Assembly (NCBI GenBank): GCA_902594515.1
Contig: CACJML010000003.1
Coordinates: forward strand, 96,989 to 160,988
Reading direction: 5' to 3'
DNA from: an uncultured SAR86 cluster bacterium
GTDB lineage: Bacteria > Pseudomonadota > Gammaproteobacteria > Magnimaribacterales > D2472
DNA: 64,000 nucleotides
Numbering within the stretch: position 1 is the first letter of the stretch; every line of letters begins with the position of its first letter. This document shows positions 9,748 through 18,893 of this stretch, piece by piece. Position numbers and translations under genes: made by a program. The notes beneath the pieces are model-generated. The model did no database searches. It worked only from the letters and a program-made list of their open reading frames with translations, and was not told where the DNA came from.

Positions 9748-11571
9748 ATGCTTAAAAAAATTCTTCCTAAATTATTCCTTTTTTGTTTTTTATATTTAAA
9801 TACTGAATTTGTTTTTGCACAATCTAGCTCTTTAGATGAGGACTTTCTTGAAAGTTTACCACCTTCTGTTAAAGATGAACTTGAACTTCAAAATGAGATA
9901 AAGGAAGAATCAGATTTGGAGCAATTATTTCAAAGTGATACTTCCCAGAAGACAAATAAATATATCCTAGAAAAACTTAAGTCACAATTAGAGGAGCTTG
10001 AAAACAGGCTTGATAATACAAATCAAAATGAAAATAACCTAACAAGATTTGGGTCGGAGATTTTTTCTTCACTTCAAAGCACTTTTACTCCTATCAATGT
10101 TCCTGTTGTGCCATCAGAATATTTTTTAGGTTTCGGTGATAAGTTGTCTGTCTCATTTTATGGTCAATTAAGTGAAAATTATGAACTATTTATAAATAGA
10201 GATGGAACCTTGACCGTACCCGAATTTGGAAAAATTTCTCTAAACAACAAAACATTAGATGAGGCTAGGAATGAAATAAGAAAACTAATTAATGAATCAG
10301 CTATAGGCGTCAATGTTGAATTAGATTTAATTGAAATGAGAGAAATTCAGGTTGCTGTTCTCGGCAGAGCAAAGAATCCAGGCATATACACTGTTAGTGC
10401 AAACTCTAACATTTTATCAATACTTAATATTGCAGGAGGCATATCAGATTCAGGCTCTTTTAGGTCTATTGCATTAATGAGGGATGGGAAACTCATATCC
10501 AAATATGATTTATATGATATTTTTGTTTTTGGAAAATTGCCTTTAAATATGAGGGTACGTTCTGGAGATGTAATACTAGTCGATCCAGTTAAGAAACTTA
10601 TTCCAGTTACAGGTGGCGTAAATTTACCTGCTATCTATGAAATTAAAGATGGCGAGTCACTACAGGACTTACTTAAATTTGCGGGAGATTTAAGTGATAG
10701 CTTTAAAGGCTTTAATTATGTTGAGGTAAAAAGGTATTCTGTAGATAAATACCAAATTACTAAAGTTCAGAAAGATAATTTTAATAATTATATTATTAAT
10801 TCCAGAGACTCTGTTCTTGTACCTTATTACCAGAGTGATCCAATATTCCTTGAAGAGGTAACTATTTCTGGCATGGTTAATAAACCAGGCAAATATTTTA
10901 TACAAGATGGTGAGACTCTTACAGATTTAATAAATAAAGCTGGTGGTTATAAAGAAGGTGCATATGAATTTGGTATTTCATTATTTAGAGAATCAGCTCT
11001 AAATACTGAAAGGGAATTTGCTGAATTAAATTATGCAGAGGCAGTCAATTACATTGTTTCAAGCCTCGGCAGACCAGGAGTAAATATTGGGCCTCAAGCA
11101 TTAGATTTTGTTGTAGAGGAATTAAGGTCTAGAAGATCAAAAGGCAGATTGGTCATGGATTATGACTTCTTAGCTGCGCAACAAAACCAAGCTCTAGATA
11201 TTGAATTGATTCATGGAGACCAAATTTACGTTCCAAAACTTGAGCGGGTTGTATATTTAGTTGGAGAATTTCATAATCCAGCTAATCATACCTTTAATCC
11301 ATCTAGTAGTATTAAGGACTATGTGCATGCATCAGGCGGAATGAAAGAAGATGCCTATGAAAATTTGATTGTAATTGATCCAGATGGATCATCCTCTCTC
11401 TATAAGACTAAATTCTTTGCAAATAATGATAATACAATCTATCCAGGATCTGTAATTTATGCTCCTAGAGATATCGGACAGTTGGATGGTATAAGTTATG
11501 CATCTGCTGTAGCTCCCATCCTAAGCAGCCTTGCATTATCCTTGGCTTCTTTAAACTCTATTAGTGATTAA
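9748..11571 (+). CDS. Polysaccharide export protein with Poly_export and multiple SLBB domains (Wza/KpsD-like)
   Basis: Signal peptide from ATG 9748 (the track start at 9715 is likely too early); YFLGFGDKL Poly_export motif; repeated G-V-x-x-P-G-x-Y...L...AGG SLBB units. Confidence 0.85.
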   Translation: MLKKILPKLFLFCFLYLNTEFVFAQSSSLDEDFLESLPPSVKDELELQNEIKEESDLEQLFQSDTSQKTNKYILEKLKSQLEELENRLDNTNQNENNLTRFGSEIFSSLQSTFTPINVPVVPSEYFLGFGDKLSVSFYGQLSENYELFINRDGTLTVPEFGKISLNNKTLDEARNEIRKLINESAIGVNVELDLIEMREIQVAVLGRAKNPGIYTVSANSNILSILNIAGGISDSGSFRSIALMRDGKLISKYDLYDIFVFGKLPLNMRVRSGDVILVDPVKKLIPVTGGVNLPAIYEIKDGESLQDLLKFAGDLSDSFKGFNYVEVKRYSVDKYQITKVQKDNFNNYIINSRDSVLVPYYQSDPIFLEEVTISGMVNKPGKYFIQDGETLTDLINKAGGYKEGAYEFGISLFRESALNTEREFAELNYAEAVNYIVSSLGRPGVNIGPQALDFVVEELRSRRSKGRLVMDYDFLAAQQNQALDIELIHGDQIYVPKLERVVYLVGEFHNPANHTFNPSSSIKDYVHASGGMKEDAYENLIVIDPDGSSSLYKTKFFANNDNTIYPGSVIYAPRDIGQLDGISYASAVAPILSSLALSLASLNSISD

Positions 11572-11579
11572 AAGCCTTA

Positions 11580-13763
11580 ATGGATTTTTTTCTCTTAAAA
11601 AGAAGTTTTATTACTGCGCTCTTATTTTTTTTTAGTAGTTCCATCTATAGTTCAATAAATGACTATATTTACCCCAAATCAGATTATCCAAGTTATAGCA
11701 ATTATGGCACCACTGGCCTAATACAGCTCCCTACTGCAAGGATGATGCCTGCCGGAAGTCTTGCGTTGAGCTGGTCTGACATTGATCCCTATTTAAGAGG
11801 CTCTATAATTGCGTATCCGTTTAGCTGGTTAGAAGCATCCTACCAATATACTGATATTAATAACGCTTTATATAGTGATGTAACCTCATTTAGTGGAAAT
11901 CAGACATATAAAGATAAAAGCTTTGATTTTAAAATAAAGTTAATTAATGAGGGAGTTTACCTTCCTGATATATCAGTGGGTGGAAGAGATTTAGCAGGAA
12001 CAGGAATATTTTCATCTGAATATCTCGTGGGTACAAAAAGATTTAGTAATTTAGATTTTACCTTGGGTATTGGATGGGGGATGCTTTCTAAAGATAAACT
12101 GTCTAATCCATTTGAAGTGCTATCTGATCGATTTAAAAGCAGAGAGTATGAAACAGATACACTCGGCGGTGATTTTAATGTTGATTCTTTTTTTAGTGGT
12201 CCTGCATCACTGTTTGGTGGAATAGAGTACTTCGTTCCAAATAGTAGAGGTATGAGAATTAAGCTCGAATATGATGCAACTGATTATGATTTAGAGGGTT
12301 TTCCGGATGGCAATAAATCATTTAAATTTGCATTCAAGCCAGTTAAAAGACCTGATTCTAGGGTAAATGTCGGGATTGTTTATCCTGTGTCAAATAATCT
12401 TCATTTTAAATTAAGTTATGTGAAGGGAAATACATTAAGTTTTGGTTTTTCATTTCAAGCTGCTCTGGGAGGAAAACATGCATTTACTAACAAAAATGAA
12501 CCTCCTAAACAAATTGAAAATGCAGACATTATTAAAAAGGTCAATGAAAAAAAAGATGAGTTTGTGTACCTTACATCTTTAAAATATCTTGCTGAAGAGA
12601 AATTATATTTACAGCACGCTGATATCAGCAATGATGAATTGCATGTAGTTTACACCCAATCACATCATCAAAGTCATGCCAGGAGTTCAGGTAGAGCATT
12701 AAGAGTGCTTGATCAGATTGCTCCAGATTCAATCAAGTCTTTGAGAGCCTCAAATATAAATGGTGGCATGGGCATGTATTCTATTTCGATGCCGCGCTCT
12801 GAGTATCAAAAAAATGAAAAAAATAATCTTCATGTTCTTGCAAAAGAAAGTGTTGAGCTAACATCATTTGAATACAAACAAAAAGATTACAGTTTTAATC
12901 CTGAAGTTGGCTTTCCAGCAACTTTTTGGAGAGTTACGCCATCCTTAAAATCACAAATTGGTGGTCCTGATGGATTTTATTTTGGAGGCCTTGGAATTGC
13001 TTTTCAATCAGAAACTTTATTTAGAAGAAATATTAGCTGGTTGAATTCAGTAACACACGGAATATATGATAACTTTGATGATCTTAAACTTGAATCGGAT
13101 AGTATTATTCCTCATGTAAGGACTGATATTGTTAAGTACTTAAAACAAAGTACTGGATTAGCGATTACTAGATCACAATTAAATTATTTCTCTAAAATAT
13201 CTGACCAGACTTATATTAAATTTTCAGGAGGAATTTTTGAGCCTATGTTTAGTGGGTTCGGCGGCGAGATTTTATATAGACCTTTTAATGGAAACTATGG
13301 CATAGGTGCAGAAATATGGAGAGCTTATCAACGACAATATAATCAACTATTTGGAATTAGGGATTATAGGATTAATACTGGGCACATAAACTTTTATTAC
13401 AAGGAACCTCGTTCTGAAGTAATAATCGCTCTTAAAGGTGGTAGATTTTTAGCAGGGGACTCAGGAGTTAATTTTGATTTTTCTAGACGTTTTAAAAGTG
13501 GTTTAAGGATTGGCGCATTCTTTTCACTAACTGATATATCTAAAACTGAATTTGGAGAAGGTAGTTTTGATAAAGGGTTTTATTTTTATGTTCCCATTGA
13601 GCTCTTTTCTACAAAATATTCAAAAAGAAATACAGGGTTTGGTTTACGTCCAATTACTCGAGATGGAGCACAGTATTTAATTCATGGACTTAATTTGTGG
13701 GGCGTTACTGAACAAGCTCAATCAGTTAATATATCAAGAGACTTTGATGATTTTTACGACTAA
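11580..13763 (+). CDS. yjbH: YjbH/GfcD-family outer-membrane protein (group 4 capsule/EPS export)
   Basis: YGTTGLIQLPTARM, YKDKSFDFK, RDLAGTGIFSSEY, GRFLAGD, FGEGSFDKGFY motifs. Confidence 0.88.
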   Translation: MDFFLLKRSFITALLFFFSSSIYSSINDYIYPKSDYPSYSNYGTTGLIQLPTARMMPAGSLALSWSDIDPYLRGSIIAYPFSWLEASYQYTDINNALYSDVTSFSGNQTYKDKSFDFKIKLINEGVYLPDISVGGRDLAGTGIFSSEYLVGTKRFSNLDFTLGIGWGMLSKDKLSNPFEVLSDRFKSREYETDTLGGDFNVDSFFSGPASLFGGIEYFVPNSRGMRIKLEYDATDYDLEGFPDGNKSFKFAFKPVKRPDSRVNVGIVYPVSNNLHFKLSYVKGNTLSFGFSFQAALGGKHAFTNKNEPPKQIENADIIKKVNEKKDEFVYLTSLKYLAEEKLYLQHADISNDELHVVYTQSHHQSHARSSGRALRVLDQIAPDSIKSLRASNINGGMGMYSISMPRSEYQKNEKNNLHVLAKESVELTSFEYKQKDYSFNPEVGFPATFWRVTPSLKSQIGGPDGFYFGGLGIAFQSETLFRRNISWLNSVTHGIYDNFDDLKLESDSIIPHVRTDIVKYLKQSTGLAITRSQLNYFSKISDQTYIKFSGGIFEPMFSGFGGEILYRPFNGNYGIGAEIWRAYQRQYNQLFGIRDYRINTGHINFYYKEPRSEVIIALKGGRFLAGDSGVNFDFSRRFKSGLRIGAFFSLTDISKTEFGEGSFDKGFYFYVPIELFSTKYSKRNTGFGLRPITRDGAQYLIHGLNLWGVTEQAQSVNISRDFDDFYD

Positions 13764-14364
13764 AAGATCTATTTTTCTTGGTTTGGTCCTGCCTTTGGTA
13801 GCCTCATGTAGCTTGAATTACAACACTGCCTCACAAGTTATACCAGTAATCTCAGCATCAATCTTTGGTGTGGATGACATAGATGTAACTGATGAAATGA
13901 TCATGAATAGGAGATTATCATTTGTAAAAATTAATTTTGGTAAATCTTCAGTTGGCTTAATGAGTTTATTAAGCATTTCTTCTAACAATGTTTATGAATG
14001 GATATCTGAAGATGATGTGAGAATCTATACTTTTAATGGAAAAATAATAAAAACTCTAAATCTAAATGGCGGCGGGGTTTCAATCCAAAATGGTACAGCA
14101 TTTCTAGAAAACGAAGTCGATGGCATTTATGACATAAACCTCCATCAACCTGAGGCGTTTGTAACTCAAGATTACAGTATTTCAAAAGAGCTTGATGAGT
14201 CTGGGAATATTCTTATAAAGGAATTCGTAAAAACAAATGGGTTTAAGTGGGAATATACTAATACATATTTATATTCAGATGAATTAGTACCGATTCAAAG
14301 TGAGCAAGAGATTCATCCAAATATTCCTAAAGTAAAACTTACGTTTTACTTTAAGAATAATTAA
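13747..14364 (+). CDS. YjbF/GfcB-like lipoprotein
   Basis: Lipobox LVASC after a hydrophobic stretch (start at ATG 13747); W-x-S-x-D...GKIIKT-x-NL and S-x-Q-x-IHP motifs; directly after yjbH. Confidence 0.7.
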   Translation: MIFTTKRSIFLGLVLPLVASCSLNYNTASQVIPVISASIFGVDDIDVTDEMIMNRRLSFVKINFGKSSVGLMSLLSISSNNVYEWISEDDVRIYTFNGKIIKTLNLNGGGVSIQNGTAFLENEVDGIYDINLHQPEAFVTQDYSISKELDESGNILIKEFVKTNGFKWEYTNTYLYSDELVPIQSEQEIHPNIPKVKLTFYFKNN

Positions 14365-14378
14365 ATGAAAACTATGAA

Positions 14379-15038
14379 TTAATCGCCTGGAGCTGTAGCT
14401 GTAGTTGTAACAATACCGGTATTTTCTACATCTACGACAATGGGTACTTCGACTGTTACTGGAACAATTGCTTCAACATCAGCTTCGATTTCCATTTCAA
14501 GATAGAATTCATCACCAGTTTCAGCGATACCATCATTCTCGCCAGTACCCACACCATCGTTCTCAGCAAGTGAGGTATCATAAAGAATGCCGGTTTGAGT
14601 AGCAACAGTTAGTGTCACTGTAGTTGTATCTGTTGTTGTATTAGTACTTGTGTTAGTGGTCGTATTAGTAGTGGTGTTAGTAGGCACCATGGACGACACT
14701 TCAGTACCAATTTCAACTATTTTAGTCGGTGCTGGAGTAGGTGCAGCTGTTGTTGGAGGTTGAGTTGTAGGTGGAACTGTTGTTGGTGGAAGCGTAGGAA
14801 CTGGAGCTGGATCAGATGAACTTCCGTCACCGGCAACTGCCGCAATCGCCGCAGCTGCAGCAACTGCTGCTGCAATAGCACCGGCACTTAATTGACCTGA
14901 GGCTTCTTCTTTTGCTGCATTTTCGTCTCCATTAGCAGAGCCATTTTCCTGAGCAATTATGTTACCTCCAAAAAATGAAGCAACAAATGCAACTATGTAT
15001 GTATAAAAGTGTCTGATCTTAAATTTTAATTTAGCCAT
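14379..15038 (-). CDS. Secreted Ala/Thr/Pro-rich low-complexity protein, YjbE/GfcA-like
   Basis: Signal peptide, then an Ala-rich helix (AGAIAAAVAAAAAIAAVAGDGSSS), PPTT and TNTT repeats; GGAG SD upstream; next to yjbH/yjbF. Confidence 0.6.
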   Translation of the reverse strand: MAKLKFKIRHFYTYIVAFVASFFGGNIIAQENGSANGDENAAKEEASGQLSAGAIAAAVAAAAAIAAVAGDGSSSDPAPVPTLPPTTVPPTTQPPTTAAPTPAPTKIVEIGTEVSSMVPTNTTTNTTTNTSTNTTTDTTTVTLTVATQTGILYDTSLAENDGVGTGENDGIAETGDEFYLEMEIEADVEAIVPVTVEVPIVVDVENTGIVTTTATAPGD

Positions 15039-15228
15039 TTTATCTCCGGTTAAAAGCTATTTTAGTTTCAATCTCATATGATTACAACCAAATATTGTAC
15101 TAAATAATTCTGCTGGAAATACCAAACAGGAACGACATAATACAATAAACATAAAAAAATGTGTATCTTTTACCTTTTTATTTAAGAAATCAATAAATTC
15201 AGATAATATTTCATATGAATAATACATA

Positions 15229-15305
15229 CGGGATGTAGCGCAGCCTGGTAGCGCACCACACTGGGGGTGTGGTGGTCGTCGGTTCAAATCCGGCCATCCC
15301 GACCA
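15229..15305 (+). tRNA. tRNA-Pro(GGG)
   Basis: Acceptor stem CGGGATG/CATCCCG, D arm GCGCAGCCTGGTAGCGC, anticodon arm CCACA-CTGGGGG-TGTGG, GGTTCAAATCC T arm, encoded CCA. Confidence 0.97.
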
Positions 15306-15306
15306 A

Positions 15307-16185
15307 TCATTTTACTTTGTTTATAACTTCCTCTGCGTACCAGTTTATTTCTGCAATCATGCCCTCGAGAGTTCTATCATCAGGACCGCCCTCATAGGCA
15401 TTTCTAAAGGCAACAATCACCTCAGTTGCCCCAAGACTTTCTAGCTGTTTTACTCCATCAGGTGAATATGCAGCCTCACCCATAACCTGGAATTGATAGC
15501 TAGGGTGATCTAATGTTCCAAATTCGTCTCTATAGCTATTTATTTTGTTAATTAGGATTTCAGTTTCTTCAAGTGTGAGACCTGCACTAATCCAACCATC
15601 ACCAATTCTTGCTGCTCTTTTTAATGCAAGATTTGAATGTCCTCCAATTAATATTGGAACCGGTTTTGTTGGAACAGGGCATAGCTTTAGTTCAGGAATA
15701 TCATAGAACTCTCCCTTGTAACCAAAGTAACTTCCATTCATTAGTCCCTTTAAGATATCAATTTGTTCATCCATTCTTTTACCACGCTTTTCCCAACGTT
15801 CTCCAGTTGCTAAAAAGTCTTCATACCAGGGACTAACACCAATACCAAAGTGAAATCTATTATTTGTCATTACTCCAAGCGTGGTAACAAACTTGGCAGT
15901 TGTCACCGCTTGTCTTGGTGCAAGTTTGTAAACGGATGTAGAGAACTCAAGCGTTGAAGTTACCGCTGCTATGGCAGGAATAATACTAAAAGGCTCTAAA
16001 AAAGGAACTCCATCAAGGAATTCTCTAGAACCATCATCATTATATGGATATGTAGAATCACATTCTTTTGGATAACAAATACTATCTGGAAAAGTAATAA
16101 CATCAAATCCTGCAGCTTCAGCTGCTTTTCCAAGCTCAAGATAGAAGGAAGGATCACACATAGACGGATGGTAAGCAAATCTCAT
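15307..16185 (-). CDS. Luciferase-like monooxygenase (LLM) class flavin-dependent oxidoreductase
   Basis: AEAAGFD, GRFxLG-like NRFHFGIGVS, PILIGGHS...ALKRAARIGDGW. Confidence 0.88.
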   Translation of the reverse strand: MRFAYHPSMCDPSFYLELGKAAEAAGFDVITFPDSICYPKECDSTYPYNDDGSREFLDGVPFLEPFSIIPAIAAVTSTLEFSTSVYKLAPRQAVTTAKFVTTLGVMTNNRFHFGIGVSPWYEDFLATGERWEKRGKRMDEQIDILKGLMNGSYFGYKGEFYDIPELKLCPVPTKPVPILIGGHSNLALKRAARIGDGWISAGLTLEETEILINKINSYRDEFGTLDHPSYQFQVMGEAAYSPDGVKQLESLGATEVIVAFRNAYEGGPDDRTLEGMIAEINWYAEEVINKVK

Positions 16186-16252
16186 ATTTAGCCTCTTTTA
16201 GTATGGGGTTATTTAAATAATTTACTTATAATAAACCACACGGGAATTAATT

Positions 16253-18892
16253 TTGAGTCAAAACAAGCAAATAACTGAAGATTACGAGCTTCAAGAGTGG
16301 CTAGAGGCACTTGACAACGTTATCAATGAAAGTGGATCAGATAGAGCATCAGAAATACTTAGTGAACTAGCTTCCAAACTCACTGCTTCTGGAACTATAC
16401 CCACGTTTAATCTTACAACTCCATTTAGAAATACCATATCAATTTCAGACGAAGCTAGGATGCCTGGCGACTTATTTTTAGAGAGAAAAATTCGTTCCTA
16501 TATTAGATGGAATGCACTAGCAATGGTCCTGAAGGCTAACAAATCTGAGGATGACTTAGGTGGACATATTTCAACATTTTCATCAGCTGCAACTCTTTAT
16601 GATGTTGGTTTCAACTATTTCTTTAAAGGTAATGATAGCGGAGAAGCAGATCTAATATATTTTCAAGGACATTGCTCTCCAGGAATTTATGCTAGGAGTT
16701 TTCTTGAGGGAAGATTAACAGAAAAAGATTTAGATAATTTTAGAAGAGAGGTAGATAAGCCAGGAATATCGTCATATCCACATCCTTGGTTGATGCCTGA
16801 CTATTGGCAATTCCCAACGGTTTCAATGGGTTTGGGCCCAATAATGGGTATTTATCAAGCTCACGTGATGAGATATTTATCTGCAAGAGGCCTTATTGAA
16901 AGAGGTAACAGGAAAGTATGGGTTTTTTGTGGAGATGGTGAAATGGATGAGCCAGAGTCAAAGGGCGCCATTGGCTTGGCTGGTAGAGAAAGCTTAGAGA
17001 ACTTGATATTTGTTATAAATTGTAATCTTCAAAGGTTAGATGGTCCTGTTAGAGGAAATCATAAAATTATTCAGGAGCTCGAAAGAGAATTTAGGGGTTC
17101 TGGTTGGAATGTATTAAAAGTAGTTTGGGGTAGGCATTGGGATCAGATTCTTTCAAGAGATGGAAAAGGAAAACTCCAAAGACTTATGGATGCTGTTGTC
17201 GATGGCGAACTTCAAAACTTCAAAGCAAAGGGCGGAGCTTACACTCGGGAAAAGTTTTTTGGCCAAGATCCCGAAGTCCTAAAGATGGTTGAAGACCTTA
17301 CCGATGAGGATATTTATAAATTAAATAGAGGAGGACATGATCCTTATAAGGTTTATGCAGCCTATCATAAGGCTGTTAATACCAAAGGTGCTCCAACTGT
17401 TATCCTTGCTCTAACAACCAAAGGTTATGGAACTGGATCAAGAGAAGCAGATAACACTACTCACCAGGTTAAAAAGCTTACAACAGATAATCTAAAAGCT
17501 TTTAGAGATAGATTTGATATTCCAGTTTTAGATAAAGATTTAGAAAAACTTCCTTATATAAAATTTCCAAAGAATTCCAAAGAATATAAGTACTTAAAAG
17601 AATCAAGAGAAAAACTTGGAGGAGCAATTCCCGCAAGGATTTTTGATGATAGACCATTAAAAAAACCCTCTTTGGAGCATTTTGAAAAATATCTTGATGG
17701 ATCAGGTGATAAAAAAATTTCAACAACGATGACCTTTGTTAGGCTCATGACTGACTTAATAAAAGATAAGAATATCGGAGATAGGATAGTCCCAATCGTT
17801 CCAGATGAGGCAAGAACATTTGGAATGGAAGCACTTTTCAGGCAGATTGGTATTTACTCATCTGAGGGTCAAAAATATCAACCAGAAGATGCAGATCAGG
17901 TTATGTGGTACAAAGAGAGCAAGGAAGGAGTAATGCTTGAAGAGGGCATAACTGAAGCAGGAGCATTTTCTGCTTGGCTAGCACTAGCAACTTCCTACGC
18001 AAATTATAACCTCCCAATGATTCCAATATATCTTTTTTACTCCATGTTTGGCTTTCAAAGAATTCATGATTTAGCTTGGGCAGCAGGTGATTCTCAAGCA
18101 AGAGGCTTTTTAATTGGAGCTACATCAGGCAGAACAACTCTGAATGGTGAGGGTCTTCAACATCAGGATGGACACTCTCATTTGCTTTCAGCAACTATAC
18201 CTAATTGCTTGTCCTACGATCCGGCATTTGGCTATGAGCTATCAGTGATAACGCGTCATGGTATTGAAGAAATGTATTACAAGCGGAAAAAAGTCTTTTA
18301 TTACTTAACTATTACAAATGAAAATTACGTTCAGCCATCTCAACCAAAAGGATCTGATGAGGGAATTATTAAGGGCATTTATTGTCTTGAAAAAGAAAAA
18401 TCACCTGCTGTAAAGCTTCTTGGTTCCGGGGCAATATTAAATGAGTCAATTAAGGCAAAGGAAATGCTTAATAAGTTTGGTATAAGCGCGGAAGTATGGA
18501 GTGCAACAAGCTTCAATTTGCTAAGAAAAGATGGCATGGAAACAGAAAGAGAAAAAATTATGAATCCTTTGTCAAAAAGAGAAACTTATTTAGATGAAGT
18601 TTTCAATGATTCAAAAGTCCCAGTGGTGGCTTCAACAGATTATATGCGTGCATACCCCGAACAGATCAGGCCATATGTTTCCTCGGATTACTATGTTTTA
18701 GGAACAGATGGCTTTGGCAGAAGTGATTCCAGGCAAAGGTTAAGAGAGTTTTTTGAGGTAGATGCAAAGACAATCGTTCAAACCAGCGTATATGCATTAC
18801 ATAAATCAGAAATCATAACTAAGCAAAAGCTAAACTCAATATATAAAAAATTAGGCGTCAAAAAAGATAAGCCAAATCCATGGGAAGTGTAA
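16253..18892 (+). CDS. aceE: Pyruvate dehydrogenase E1, homodimeric type
   Basis: GGHISTF, SSYPHPWLMPDYWQFPTVSMGLGP, TPP motif GDGEMDEPES, GRTTLNGEGLQHQDGHS, LGTDGFGRSD; TTG start. Confidence 0.97.
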   Translation: MSQNKQITEDYELQEWLEALDNVINESGSDRASEILSELASKLTASGTIPTFNLTTPFRNTISISDEARMPGDLFLERKIRSYIRWNALAMVLKANKSEDDLGGHISTFSSAATLYDVGFNYFFKGNDSGEADLIYFQGHCSPGIYARSFLEGRLTEKDLDNFRREVDKPGISSYPHPWLMPDYWQFPTVSMGLGPIMGIYQAHVMRYLSARGLIERGNRKVWVFCGDGEMDEPESKGAIGLAGRESLENLIFVINCNLQRLDGPVRGNHKIIQELEREFRGSGWNVLKVVWGRHWDQILSRDGKGKLQRLMDAVVDGELQNFKAKGGAYTREKFFGQDPEVLKMVEDLTDEDIYKLNRGGHDPYKVYAAYHKAVNTKGAPTVILALTTKGYGTGSREADNTTHQVKKLTTDNLKAFRDRFDIPVLDKDLEKLPYIKFPKNSKEYKYLKESREKLGGAIPARIFDDRPLKKPSLEHFEKYLDGSGDKKISTTMTFVRLMTDLIKDKNIGDRIVPIVPDEARTFGMEALFRQIGIYSSEGQKYQPEDADQVMWYKESKEGVMLEEGITEAGAFSAWLALATSYANYNLPMIPIYLFYSMFGFQRIHDLAWAAGDSQARGFLIGATSGRTTLNGEGLQHQDGHSHLLSATIPNCLSYDPAFGYELSVITRHGIEEMYYKRKKVFYYLTITNENYVQPSQPKGSDEGIIKGIYCLEKEKSPAVKLLGSGAILNESIKAKEMLNKFGISAEVWSATSFNLLRKDGMETEREKIMNPLSKRETYLDEVFNDSKVPVVASTDYMRAYPEQIRPYVSSDYYVLGTDGFGRSDSRQRLREFFEVDAKTIVQTSVYALHKSEIITKQKLNSIYKKLGVKKDKPNPWEV

Positions 18893-18893
18893 T

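Noticed and set aside
14620-14800. Short tandem repeats considered as CRISPR or VNTR
   Set aside because: Degenerate codon-level repeats encoding Thr/Pro tracts; no repeat-spacer structure and no cas genes.
15057-15287. 76-aa - strand ORF
   Set aside because: Overlaps tRNA-Pro antisense and the promoter region; no protein-like features.
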